64,000 nt of DNA, taken from Schizochytrium sp. TIO01 (taxonomy: Eukaryota > Protista > Bigyra: Labyrinthulomycetes). The notes beneath the pieces are model-generated. The model searched no databases. It was not told where the DNA came from and saw only the letters and a list, made by a program, of their open reading frames with translations. Below are positions 35,866-47,889 of the stretch, piece by piece. Location: contig SMSO01000006.1 of NCBI GenBank assembly GCA_004764695.1, positions 201,859 to 265,858 on the forward strand, in the 5' to 3' direction. Position numbers and translations under genes: made by a program. Position 1 is the first letter of the stretch. Every line of letters starts with the position of its first letter.

Positions 35866-37689
35866 TTAGAGCTTAGATGGAGGAGCATGCTTCTGTTGCT
35901 CGGAAAGAAGGTTCTCGGTCTTAATGCGGTCGCGAATCTCGAGCTTCACGATTTTACCAGTGGCACCACGTGGAAGCTGTTCAGGCCAGTAGTACAGATG
36001 CGTGGGCTGCTCGAACTTTGCTAAGTGTTGGCATGAAGCACGAATATCCTCCAACGAAGGCTGAGCTCCGTCTTTTGGGTAAATCACAATCCCAACCTCT
36101 TCGCCCAAAGTTGGATGCGGAACAGGAATTGCGGCAACTTCAGCTACATCAGGATGCAAATAAGCACCATTCTCTACAACAACGCAAGAAATGTTTTCCC
36201 CTCCGCGGATGATGATTTCTTTGGTACGGCCGCCTAAATGCAAAAATCCCTCCTCGTCAAGAGTACCAATGTCTCCAGTATGAAGCCAACCATCTCGTGT
36301 CACTGTATCTGTCGTGGCTTCCGGCTTGCGCCAATACTCTTTGAGGTTTCCAGCACCGCGAATCATGACGTTACCTCGAACCCCGGGGGGTACGGGCTGA
36401 TGATTGTTATCCCAGATGGCAACCTGTACACCGGGCACGGGCCTTCCACAGCTTGATGTGCGCTCTTTATATGTCTCACCGTCATTGAGAACAGTCAATG
36501 CGTTGGTTTCGGTCATGCCATATCCTTGTACAGGATTAGTCTTCAGAAAGTGGCGATCAATATCAGCGACCATTGTGCTGGGCGGTGCTGCACCTCCACC
36601 ACCTGCAGCTTCTAAGGAGCTTGTGTCGTACTTTTTGAAGTTTGGGTGAAACATCATATCCAAGACCATCGTAGGGACACCAATAAAGTTTGTAATCCTC
36701 TCGCGCTCAATCAGCTGTAGAGCTTCTTCCGGGACCCACTTGCTCATGATCACCATCCGACGAATGTAAACAAAGCAAAGTAAAAATACAAGGTGCAATC
36801 CTGTGGCGTGGAAGAAGGGCACGTTCAAAAGGACACCCAGGCGTTTGGGGTCCTCTTCAACAGGCACATACTCCTCGCCCCGACGAGCTGCCTCAAGCAT
36901 CTTTTGCCGTGCGTTATGGGCCTGAGCACCAAACAATGCATGACAAATGCCTCGATGAGTCAAAACCACACCTTTGGGATGGCCTGTAGTGCCAGAGGTG
37001 TACATGATTAACGCATTATCATCAGGACGCGCCGATGATTCAGGCATGTCTTTTCCTCGATACTTGGCGATAACCTCATTGTATTTCAGAAGCTTAGGAT
37101 GGGGTTGCACTGTGTCGATGCCTGGGCCATTGAACAAGATGATCTTCTCCAGGTCAGGCAGCTTGTCAATAATAGGCAGAATGAGTTCATAACGCTCCAC
37201 ATCACAGAAAATAATTTTGCTTTGGGAATTCTCCATGCCATATTCGAGCTCGCTTGTCTTCCACCACGAGTTCATTGGAACGCACACTCCACCGATTGCG
37301 GTGCTCCCAATCACAGTGATTGCATATTCATTGCGGTTCTTCGCACAAATGCAAACACGATCCCCCCGTTCAATACCAAACTCGTTAGTAAGAGCATAAC
37401 CAAGCGCAGAGGCTTCTCTCATGGTCTCTTCAAAAGTGAGGCGTTCTTTTTCGAACACCAAAAACTCGTAGTGCGAGTAGCCCCGGGTTTTCGGAATATT
37501 GTAAACGTCCACCAAGGTGCGAAAGCCATTGACAAAAACATCAACATCTATACCGTCATGATGCGGGGCGTGCTTCTCTTCGAAAACGATGCGCTCCTTT
37601 TTCAACTCAAAGGGTGACCCCGGAGCAAAGAGCTGCGCATCAACTTCACGCAGAATCTCTTTCGTGATGGGCGCTGGAGCTCGTGGCAT
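35866..37689 (-). CDS. Peroxisomal AMP-forming acyl-CoA ligase, copy 2, 607 aa, PTS1 -SKL
   Basis: ATG start; motifs IMYTSGTTGHPKG, GYGMTE, WLHTGD, LPRGATGKI; ends APPSKL. Most similar to copy 1. Confidence 0.93.
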   Translation of the reverse strand: MPRAPAPITKEILREVDAQLFAPGSPFELKKERIVFEEKHAPHHDGIDVDVFVNGFRTLVDVYNIPKTRGYSHYEFLVFEKERLTFEETMREASALGYALTNEFGIERGDRVCICAKNRNEYAITVIGSTAIGGVCVPMNSWWKTSELEYGMENSQSKIIFCDVERYELILPIIDKLPDLEKIILFNGPGIDTVQPHPKLLKYNEVIAKYRGKDMPESSARPDDNALIMYTSGTTGHPKGVVLTHRGICHALFGAQAHNARQKMLEAARRGEEYVPVEEDPKRLGVLLNVPFFHATGLHLVFLLCFVYIRRMVIMSKWVPEEALQLIERERITNFIGVPTMVLDMMFHPNFKKYDTSSLEAAGGGGAAPPSTMVADIDRHFLKTNPVQGYGMTETNALTVLNDGETYKERTSSCGRPVPGVQVAIWDNNHQPVPPGVRGNVMIRGAGNLKEYWRKPEATTDTVTRDGWLHTGDIGTLDEEGFLHLGGRTKEIIIRGGENISCVVVENGAYLHPDVAEVAAIPVPHPTLGEEVGIVIYPKDGAQPSLEDIRASCQHLAKFEQPTHLYYWPEQLPRGATGKIVKLEIRDRIKTENLLSEQQKHAPPSKL

Positions 37690-39965
37690 CTTCTCGCTCT
37701 CCTTTCTTCACTCTGATCACTCGTCTTTTATTCTGCGTTGGATTTCCTCGAATTCCAAGTCTGCTGATCAGGATTTTCTCTTCATGCAAATATGTCATCC
37801 CGCCCTTTCAAATTTGATAACCGAACCGAGTGTTAACCTAATAGCAAGGAACTCGCGCATCTTTATTTCTTTGTCAGTCTATCCCTCTTAATTCGGAGCT
37901 CTTTGTTTTCGCTTGTCTCGGTCTTCCGCCAATTCAGACTTCGAACGACTTACTTTAAAAGTTCGTGGTCCCCTTCCCTCGTAGACACTTACCTCTGCCT
38001 GAATGTGCTGCGCCTTTTCAGGTCTCCAAATCTGCGTTGAATGTGAATCGTCAAGGCGAGTGACTCGCCGTGCGGTACAATCTTTGTCGATGGCTTTCGA
38101 CGATAAACAAGATTTGACTTGAGTTTCACCAGAGGAGAAAGATCTTTAGAAATACTAGCCTCAGCGAGAGGGTGCATTTCGAAGATCCAACAACGCAATA
38201 GATAGGTACAACCTATTTCTTTTTGTACACTTTATAACTATTCTACCACTGCCCAATCGTTACGAGTGATCGTTTTGACCTAAGCTTTCGCCGAGTTGCT
38301 AAAAGATTTAAAGGAGTTGCCACGTGAAAGGGATCGATTGATTAGATAAAACTACCCTCCATTTTACTTCTTCTACTATTCTTTAATGCAAGCGACTTAT
38401 GGGTCGATCTTTCAATCAGATACCTGAGGTCGGGTTCGCGCAGACTGCCTGTCCACCACCTCGACTTGAGCTTGCCACGAACGAATTAGAACTTGAATCG
38501 AGACCGTATCTGAAGTGCGTTTATAGAAAAGGCAGCCGTATCTTGCACCGCTTTTGTGCATACTAGTGCTACTTAGTTACCTCATGTCTGAAGATCGGCG
38601 ATACAATAAATAAACTTCTTCTGCTGTCGACCTCAGGCGCCCTTTGTATCGGCGTCATTAACTTTTGGATCCCTCGACTGAATGAGGGAGACTTTGGGAG
38701 AACTCCAAAGGGCGATTTGTTATTCGGACCAAGAGACGGAACTTTACTTTAGGCTTTTCTTGCTTCAAAAGTTAATTTGAATAAAATTTAATTTTTAAAA
38801 AGAAAAGAAAAGAAAAGAAAAGACCTTTTTATAGAAACAAAAAATAAATATCTTCACAAGGAAATAAAAGGTGCTTGAAACGTTTACCTAAATCTCTGGC
38901 CTATCGAACAGAGCAGACTTGGAACAGTGCTAGAGTTTGCTGATGAAAAAATGCCCTTCGCCCGCACAGCTTTCTTTGAGTTTTGACCCCGTAATGATCA
39001 CACCGAAAAGTATGCATGATATTTGATGTTCTGTAGGTTTAAACGAGCTAATGCCACTTCTAAAACTTGACGTTTGTGAAAGCGCTGATCGAGAAAAGAA
39101 GTGGTGAGAGGAGCAGCCTACAAGTATGAGAGGATGTGTGAATTCTAATGGACGGAGCGAGCACAGACGGGACGAGTTGTATTTTCGATCGCTTGGTGTC
39201 TGTCGTTCAGCGTTGTTCGAACGGATTAAAGTCCGATCAAAGAAACCATCATATTCTACGTTGGTTTAATCTATCCTTCGTGATGACAGCAAAAAGCTCG
39301 ATTGGTTTTGCGTTGACTTTTTCTTAATTTTGTTTTTTCGCAAGCTCGCAAGAGATTGAAGCATCGCGTTGTTTGCTCCCTTCTTCTGAGAAGATTGCTG
39401 CATTGCTGTGCACTGACAAATACAATAGTTCGCCAAGAGATTATGCTTAACCAATTGAAATATATGGGGATTGATTTTGGTACCTTTTCAATAAGCGCTG
39501 CTCAATATAGAGGCTGAGCTCAAACCACTGTCTTTTGGAGTCAATTAAAACTACAGTTTGAAAAAAAAGAAAAGAATAAAAGAATAAACATGGAAACAGT
39601 AGAGATGATAGAATTAGATCACCAAAAACAAAGTAAAAATCTCTAAGCCTTGAGGCTATAATAATAAGGAATTGCTCTGAGGAATCATTAGCGACAATCG
39701 TATGAAATGGGTTAAAAATTATAAAGCAATTGTCAACTTTTGTTTCGCCCTGAGATAACAAATGAAAGTGATAACCTAACGTCGCTCCAAATGAAAGAGT
39801 CAAACAAAACAAAAATTACGATATGCTATCATTGAAGTTGATTTTAAAACAAAGAGTGTCTATTTCTAAAATAATATAAATGAGCGAGACGATTGGGCAA
39901 TTTTGCACCAGCCAGGATAGTGGTACACAAAGAAAGAAATTGACGAACCTACTTTCTTACTGTTC

Positions 39966-41777
39966 TTAAAGCTTCGAGCGCGGTTGCTGCTTCTGCTGTT
40001 CGGATAAAATATTTTGTGTCTTGATTGCCTCGCGAATCTCGAGTTTCACAATCTTGCCAGTAGCACCTCGTGGAAGTTGCTCAGGCCAGATATACAAGTG
40101 CGTGGGCCGCTGAAATTTGGCTAGGTCGTCGCAGTATTGATGAATTTCTTCGAGAGAAACCTTGCCTCCGTGCTTGGGAAAGACAACTATACCAACCTCC
40201 TCGCCAAGTGTAGGGTGGGGCACAGGAATTGCGGCAACCTCTGCAACGTTGGGGTGTTTGTATACACCATCCTCCACAGCAACACAAGAAATGTTCTCAC
40301 CGCCGCGAATGATGATTTCCTTGCTGCGTCCACCAAGGTGAAGATAACCATCCTCGTCAAGGTGACCCACATCTCCAGTTCTTAGCCAGCCATCAGCAGT
40401 GATAGTGTCAGCCGTAGCTTCCGGCTTGCGCCAGTACTCTTTCATAACAGAGGCTCCTTTAATCATTACGCTGCCCTTTTCGTATGCCCGTACGGGCTTA
40501 TCGTTCTCGTCCCAAATTGCTATTTCCATGCTTGGCACAGCTCGTCCACAGCTGGTAGGTTTCGCACGGTATGCTGCGCCGTCATTGAGAGCAGCAATGG
40601 CGTTTGTCTCGGTCATGCCAAAACCTTGACCGGCAGATGCCTTCTTAAACTTCTTGCCGACGTCGTCCACCATGGTACTCGGTGGAGCTGCACCACCGCC
40701 GGCAACGTTTTGTAATGTGCTAGTGTCATATTTCGCGAAGTTGGGATGGTTCATCATATCGAGTACCATCGTAGGCACGCCTGTAAAGTGCGTGATTTTC
40801 TCCCGCTCGATAAGCTCTAATGCACGTTCCGGTTCCCACTTGCTCACCATGACAATTTTGCGACAAGCAAATATGGAAATCAAGCAAACTACATGCAAGC
40901 CTGTAGCATGAAAAAGTGGGACTGTCAACAAAATTGCCGGGGCCGATGCATCCTTGGCATTTTTCTTTTTCTTGTCACCGGAGCTGGACTTGTTACTACC
41001 CTGAGTTCCTGTACTAAGGGCTTTTGTGTATGCAGAATGTGCAACAGCGGCGATAATTGCGTGGCAAATGCTTCGATGTGTCATCACGACACCTTTGGGG
41101 TGTCCCGTAGTTCCAGACGTGTACATGATCATTGCATTGTCATCCTTGCCCGCGGTGAATGGAGGCATAGGCTGCCCGTGAAACTTTGCAACTACCTCAT
41201 TATAGAGGGACATTTTTGCATGAGGGCGCGCCTTTTCTGAACCAGGGCCATCCAAGAGCAGGACATTAGTGAGGCTAGGGACTTGGTCCAAGATAGGCTC
41301 GGCAAATTCATACCTCTCAGCATCACAGATCAAGACTTTGGTACCTGAGTTATCCAGGCCGTACTGCAGTTCTTTCGATTTCCACCACGAGTTCATGGGT
41401 ACAAAGACGGCACCAATTGATGTAGAGGCAATCAAGGTTACGACATACTCAATGCGGTTCTTGGACAGCGCGCACACGCGGTCTCCCTTTTGTACGCCGC
41501 AAGTCTTGACGAGAGCTTGACCAAGAGCCGCTGCCTCATCGAAAACCTGCTGAAAGGTCCTGCGTTCATCCTCGTAAACGAGGAATTCCTTTTGAGCTAC
41601 ACCCTTTTTCGTGGGAATCGCGAACAGGTCTACAAGAGTCTGCGGACCATTCGGAAATACCTTGTGCTTAACGCCGTGGTGGTGCGGTGCGTGCTTGTCA
41701 GGAAACTCAATCACCTCTTCCGCGATCTCCAGCAGCGAACCCGGTGCAAAAACCTTTTGCGCAACTGCGTCGTCCAT
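39966..41777 (-). CDS. Peroxisomal AMP-forming acyl-CoA ligase, copy 3, 603 aa, PTS1 -SKL
   Basis: First ATG at 41777 (MDDAV; the track start at 41819 is TTG). All adenylation motifs intact; ends QPRSKL. Confidence 0.92.
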   Translation of the reverse strand: MDDAVAQKVFAPGSLLEIAEEVIEFPDKHAPHHHGVKHKVFPNGPQTLVDLFAIPTKKGVAQKEFLVYEDERRTFQQVFDEAAALGQALVKTCGVQKGDRVCALSKNRIEYVVTLIASTSIGAVFVPMNSWWKSKELQYGLDNSGTKVLICDAERYEFAEPILDQVPSLTNVLLLDGPGSEKARPHAKMSLYNEVVAKFHGQPMPPFTAGKDDNAMIMYTSGTTGHPKGVVMTHRSICHAIIAAVAHSAYTKALSTGTQGSNKSSSGDKKKKNAKDASAPAILLTVPLFHATGLHVVCLISIFACRKIVMVSKWEPERALELIEREKITHFTGVPTMVLDMMNHPNFAKYDTSTLQNVAGGGAAPPSTMVDDVGKKFKKASAGQGFGMTETNAIAALNDGAAYRAKPTSCGRAVPSMEIAIWDENDKPVRAYEKGSVMIKGASVMKEYWRKPEATADTITADGWLRTGDVGHLDEDGYLHLGGRSKEIIIRGGENISCVAVEDGVYKHPNVAEVAAIPVPHPTLGEEVGIVVFPKHGGKVSLEEIHQYCDDLAKFQRPTHLYIWPEQLPRGATGKIVKLEIREAIKTQNILSEQQKQQPRSKL

Positions 41778-43895
41778 CGTCTCTCCTGCAGTTCTCTTCG
41801 TAAACAGCCGACTATCCAACTATCGCTTCAGGTCCTAATTTTACGGAGTTTCGAGTTTGCTGCTAGCATTCTGCTCTGCTTCAAGATGATCTTTGTCGAT
41901 GTCACATCCCCAAGGTTATAAATCTTGTTATTCTTCGCACCAGACTCCGTGTCACCCGCGACCTTTGCTCCTCAATAGTATTATCCTTGTTTGCCTCCTA
42001 GTTTCATTTTCCTTGAATCTTAGTCCTCTCCCTTCCGAGCAGGAGCATACGCAGCGTTCAACTCTTGAGGTTGAAGACCAGGTTGATAATGCCGATCTTG
42101 TGCCTGTATTACAAGTTCGAGCGAGCCTTCTGACTGCGCCCTCTTTTGATAAAAACAGCAACAAATAACATCTGCTAGATCCTTGCAGAGTTGACTTCGA
42201 ATTCAGAACCACAAGAGATGAGATCGGACCCATCTTCGTGCGCCCTCGATGTTAGACGTTCCGCTGTCGTGTTATGATACATATATGTAGAGAAAGATTA
42301 TAATAAACGTATGTATATATAGGAATAGATTCACAGATAGAGAGAGGATGTATTTATAGATAGCTACATACACCAGCTGGTCAGACCTCAAGCCTAAGCA
42401 GATGCAAGTAGGCAGGATCTTCCTGTGCTTACTGTCTCGAAAGACATAAGAAGGTACCTACCTACGTATGTATTGAGGCAGAAGAAGAGGAAAAGGCAAG
42501 AAAAAAAAATGTCATTCCGGTCGTATGCTCAAAAGTGTAGGGTGTAGTTTCTTCTTAATCTTCGGGTTTGATTTGAGAAGATAAGTCGTGGTCGTGAACC
42601 ATGACGATACCTGCTGATAAGTGCAAGTGCTGCCTTGGCAGTTTTTAGAGCTGCCACTAAGAATAAACTGCCACACAGAACAAAGCATTGAGGAATAAAT
42701 CGCAAGCTCAACAATAAACTCTTACAGTTCTCTTTATTTATTCAATTAAAAAATAATTTAAAATGATGAAAAAGAAGTAAGTTGACCCATGAAAAAGTAA
42801 GGACCCAAGCCGTTCCCAACATCATGGCTGTCTTATTCATTTGAAAAATATGATTGAGCAGACCGTATTCAAGTAGCGCTAGTCACTGTAGTTGGACAAG
42901 GGCAACATTTAAATGATTCTATTCGTGAGGGAAATTAAAGTGAAAAAAAGCGAAGAAATCTGCGAAGATGAAGAAATGGTCTAGTCATATTCTTCAAATT
43001 GAAGCTGCTCTTTAGTGTCTCTCAAGAAAAAGCGCAAAGAATGCGTAGGAGCCACAGTGAGCAACCATTCCGTGGTAGTCCAGATCATCCGTTTGAAACG
43101 AAGAACCGATTGAAGTTGATTGAAGTCGAGGGTGCTTTGGGTTATTCTTTTCACCAAGGGATTCATTCATTCGCTTCGTGTTCAATGTTCACATAGGCTT
43201 AATTGATAGGCTTGGAGGTTGGTGCATCGGTAAACGCTGTGAATTTCGACTATTCTAGTAGAATGGGATTTTAACGCGAGGATAGGCATGAAGTTCGAAA
43301 AGCAAACCTGATTCAGAGGATGGACATCCTGGATGGCGCTGACGATGCTGTTGTACAACAAGACAGGAAGCAATCGGGGGGTCCCGGAGGAGAAGCTAGC
43401 CTTACAGCCGTAGGATGCATGTGCGGGCTACATACAGTTTGCCCTTTGGCTACAAGAAGGGCTTCTCGCTATGGTAACGTGTTGAATATGGGCAAGTTGA
43501 GAATGAGCTGCAGGTAGCTAACAAGTAGGTATATCCCAAGAAGCCTCAAACTCAAACACTAAGGGATTTGTAAATCCCTCATGATGGACGATATATTCTG
43601 ACAGCTTTCTTGTGAGTTTGAACATAATATGATTGTTATGAAGAAGCAAGACTTAGTCGAAGCCAACATTTTTTCCTAAAGTTATGAAGATTGATGCATC
43701 ATACTTGGGATTGTCCAAATCTTTGGTTATCAAACACATAAAGTCTAACCAGAGCACTGTCATGCGAACGAGGCACATAGATGAAAATTTTTAATTTCCT
43801 ATAAAAGAAGAAGAATATGGTTTTGTTGACCCTGGGCCAAAGCGAAGGATTGAATACAGCAGAGTAGTGAGTGTTGATCGCAGGCCATTTATGGT

Positions 43896-45689
43896 TTAGA
43901 GCTTGGACTTCATTAACTTCTGCTGCTCCGAGAGAAGCTTTTGGGACTTGATTGCCTCGCGAATCTCTAGTTTCACAATCTTGCCAGTAGCACCACGTGG
44001 AAGTTGCTCAGGCCAGATGTACAAGTGCGTGGGTCGCTGGAACTTGGCTAGATCGTTACAGTATTGGTGGATTTCTTCAAGGGTTACTTTGCCACCGTGC
44101 TCCGGAAAGACAACTACGCCTACTTCCTCGCCAAGAGTAGGGTGGGGTACAGGAATAGCAACAACCTCAGCAACATTAGGGTGTTTATGGACAGCATCCT
44201 CAACCGAAACACAAGAAATGTTCTCACCGCCGCGAATAATGATTTCCTTGCTTCGCCCTCCAAGGTGCAGGAAACCGTCATCATCAAGGTGGCCAATATC
44301 GCCCGTATCAAGCCAACCATCTGCCGTAACGGTTTTAGCTGTAGCCTCAGGGTTCTGCCAGTACTCCTTCATGAGTGACGCAGCTTTGAACATGACATTA
44401 CCCTTGACATTTGGTGGAACAGGTCTGTTCTGGTCATCCCATACGGCAATTTCAATCGTGGGCGCTGCTCGGCCACAGCTTGTTCTCTTTGCACGGTAAG
44501 CAAGCCCGCCATTCAGAGTTCCAATGGCATTCATCTCAGTCATACCATATCCTTGGCCCGCAGAGGCATTCTTGAAGTGCTTATCGATGTCGTCAACTAA
44601 AGTTGATGGAGATGCAGAACCACCGCCAATAAGAGACTGAAGGGAGCTAGTGTCATACTTTGTGAAGTTCGGATGACGCATCATATCGAGCACCATGGTG
44701 GGTACTCCAGTAAAATTTGTAATTTTTTCACTTTCAATAAGCTGCAGTGCATGCTCAGGGTCCCACTTGCTGACCATGACAATCTTACGGCAAGCAACAA
44801 TTGAAAGTAAACATACTGCATGGAGTCCAGTAACATGAAAAAGCGGTACAGTGAGTAAAACAGCTGGCTCGGCAGTGCTCACAGTAGCTGGGGCCCCAGC
44901 ATTTGCTGCAGTGAGCGCTTGGCTGAGAGTGAAGAAAGCCATGCCGGCATTGAGAGCGTGGGAGACTCCACGGTGCGTCAAAACAACGCCCTTTGGGTGA
45001 CCCGTGGTTCCAGAAGTATACATTATCATTGCGTTGTCGTCCTTATCACACGGGAATGGAGGCATGCTTTCTCCGTGGAATTGGGCAATGACTTCATCGT
45101 AAGCTGACAATTTGGAATGCGGACGGATTTCATCAAAGCCCTCGTCGCGAAGGAGGAGAATGTGGTTGAGGCTCGGAACCTCGGCAATGATCGGCTCCAC
45201 CAATTTATACCGGTCCACATCGCAAATTAGAACTTTGGAACCAGAGTTCTCGAGCCCGTACTGAAGGTCCCTTGACTTCCACCAGGAGTTCATCGGGACA
45301 AAGACAGCACCTATTGAAGTTGCAGCAATGAGCGAAACGACATACTCAATACGATTTTTAGAGAGGGCGCAGACGCGGTCACCTTTTTTCACTCCATACT
45401 TTTGTACAAGTGCTTGGGCAAGCGCGGCTGCTTCATCATAAGTCTGCTGAAAGGTCCTTCGCTCATTTCCCCAAACCAAAAACTCCTTCTGCATTGCATT
45501 CATTTTCTTGGGCATTTCATACAAATCCACCATTGTTTGCAATCCGTTTGGGAAAACCTTGTATTTGACACCTTGATGATGTGGGGCATGATTATCAGGG
45601 TATGAAACCACTTCCTCCCTGATCTCAAACATTGTGCCAGGGGCAAATAGCTTCCGGGCAATAGCTTCCTCCATCTCGCTTTTCGTCAT
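43896..45689 (-). CDS. Peroxisomal AMP-forming acyl-CoA ligase, copy 4, 597 aa, PTS1 -SKL
   Basis: First ATG at 45689 (MTKSE; the track start is GTG). Motifs intact; ends LMKSKL. Most similar to copy 3. Confidence 0.92.
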   Translation of the reverse strand: MTKSEMEEAIARKLFAPGTMFEIREEVVSYPDNHAPHHQGVKYKVFPNGLQTMVDLYEMPKKMNAMQKEFLVWGNERRTFQQTYDEAAALAQALVQKYGVKKGDRVCALSKNRIEYVVSLIAATSIGAVFVPMNSWWKSRDLQYGLENSGSKVLICDVDRYKLVEPIIAEVPSLNHILLLRDEGFDEIRPHSKLSAYDEVIAQFHGESMPPFPCDKDDNAMIMYTSGTTGHPKGVVLTHRGVSHALNAGMAFFTLSQALTAANAGAPATVSTAEPAVLLTVPLFHVTGLHAVCLLSIVACRKIVMVSKWDPEHALQLIESEKITNFTGVPTMVLDMMRHPNFTKYDTSSLQSLIGGGSASPSTLVDDIDKHFKNASAGQGYGMTEMNAIGTLNGGLAYRAKRTSCGRAAPTIEIAVWDDQNRPVPPNVKGNVMFKAASLMKEYWQNPEATAKTVTADGWLDTGDIGHLDDDGFLHLGGRSKEIIIRGGENISCVSVEDAVHKHPNVAEVVAIPVPHPTLGEEVGVVVFPEHGGKVTLEEIHQYCNDLAKFQRPTHLYIWPEQLPRGATGKIVKLEIREAIKSQKLLSEQQKLMKSKL

Positions 45690-47889
45690 GTGTGAACCGC
45701 TCAAGTTATAGGATATGGCCAGGGAGATTGAATTTGGGTTTTGCTTCTTTATCCAAGGAAGAGCCTGTCGGCCGATGGCTTTCTTCTCAGCCACTCACGC
45801 TGAGAGGCTCATCTAGGAAGCACTTAACAGTATAATATTTGTAGATGCCGGACCCACTCTCCGTCAGTCAAGACCTCATAAAGCCATAATTTCGACGTCG
45901 TTGAGCTTTCTCCTGCCAGGGTACTATTCAAGTTTTCACCATGATCATTCATTTTCAAGACCATCTAGACTATCTGGATAATCCTGTCTGTAGAAAACCT
46001 CCTCGCGCCTCCGGGTATCGGGCTCCCAGCTTTAAGGCCGCATGCAGCATCAGGAGCCTGCTCATAGAACCCGATGAAAGACTTTCTCTCACAGGAGTGA
46101 GTCAGTGAGTGCTTGAGTTTCTTACCCATATTACCTACCAGTAGTGAGAGTTAGTTTCTCGTCAGCTCTAGGACTAGCGTTCGGCACAAAGCCCGAAGTA
46201 ATAGCAGCAGGTAGATAGATGCCTACGGCACTACCTCCCGCATTATCGTGAACCTCTTTTCGTTCGACTTACTTCAGGTGTGTTACTAGAGAAACTCTTT
46301 TCTATTCCTGGAAAAGGTCTCTCTCGGTGTTGCTTCTACCTACACTCGTGTCGACCATCAAGACTTTGGCCTGCACGCGATACTCATAATGCTCAGACAC
46401 CATGTCGAAGAAGATCCATCGATCCATTGGTTGTTCGACGGCCCCACCAATCTGCTTGACATTCGATGTGAAATTATCGCCAAGAAACAGCATCACCAGC
46501 CACAAGAACTGCTTGCTAGGTATTACATGTATTACATGACCATCCTTCATTATCTTTTTTGCCTTAATCAATCGATCAATCAATCAGTCAGGCAGTTCGT
46601 TAGTTTGTCAATCAACCTATCGATCGCGACTCGATGTTTGCGATCGGCAATGACTTCAGCATGGCAAACGGGGCGCGCTGATCGATGGTAATAGCAGAAT
46701 CTTGGCAAATAATCAATCGGAGTCTGGGCCCACGGGTTTCGTGAATTCAGAGAGAGAGAGAGAGAGAGACTTGAGTGCATAATGTAGATCTCGGCCGAAC
46801 ACGAGATAGGAGGATTCAGGCATTGAATTCACAATGATCGATTGCCTCCCAAGAAAGAACCAAACGAATAGTTAGCTTCTTCATGGTAGTAGGTACCTTC
46901 GTGGCTCATGCTGAGACAAGAGCAAGCAAACCAGCCTTCAGGATATTGTCATTCTGTGTAGCTGTTGACTTACTTTACTTCATACGTGGCAATTGCCAGT
47001 GGGGCGAAGCGCTGTTCTCGTCGCCAAAGCTCCTGAGAGGTACGCCATCTTTTCCGTCGCCAGGGACCCCGAGGTCGCTCGAAGTGAACAAAGTGAAGTA
47101 TCCTTTGAAGCTGGCGAATCAGGGCAGTAAGAGTATGCTCATTGACGCATAAGCTGAGGTTACTAGCTAGCTAATGCAACTTATACTGCCGAGATCTGCA
47201 GGCAGCGCCTGCCTTTAGCCTCAGTACTTTGGCTCCCATGAAACGCATGCTTGTGAGAAGTTGAGCTGTTTCGTGCTTTATTTAGCCAACTAGCTAGTGA
47301 CGAGCTGGCCGATGGGCCACAACACCCACCAATGGACTCTCTTCCTTCACGTGACATAGAAATAAATGGCGAAGCAAGAGATACATGCTGTTGGTTTAGA
47401 ATCTATTTTTAGTTAGTTTACAATTACTAAATTTATTTGATTTTAAAAAAAACATTATGATAGCAAGCCCTATCTATTAGAGTTGTGAGTTTTGGATATC
47501 GTGCACGATAGAGCTGCGATTAGAAGTGCTAGAAAAAAGCGTTGCCTTGGTTAAACCTATTGCAGAGGTGTAAATGCCTGTGCAAGAAGTACGAAAATTA
47601 ACTACTTACCGAAACTCTCACTAGTCAGAGGTCTTTTCGGTTAAAACACAAGCTAAAACAATCACTCAACGCAAAGAGCGCCTTCCCTCGATATAGCGAA
47701 ATGTTGTAGACTCAGATGTTGATTTGAAAGGAGGACTGTGACATTATAATTTATAAGGAGAATAAGATTAGTTTAGAGGTGGTATCTAGCTTCGAAATCG
47801 ATCGAAAATCAGGAAATCAGAAACAAGAGAACATTCACAGCCCACGTGCGCAGGCACAAAGATAATTGGGAAAATAGAAAAGCAAATAA

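Noticed and set aside
34863-38331. CACGTGAAAGG (G-box) found upstream of ligase copies 1 and 2 (34863, 38321)
   Set aside because: Very different distances from the ATGs, not seen upstream of the other copies, and a near-identical string occurs inside the copy 5 CDS; likely chance.
41778-41819. GTG/TTG N-terminal extensions in the ORF track (ligase copies 1, 3, 4, 5, 6 and sulfotransferase B)
   Set aside because: Eukaryotic context; the first in-frame ATGs give consistent lengths (597-608 aa for the ligases) and the extensions are not conserved.
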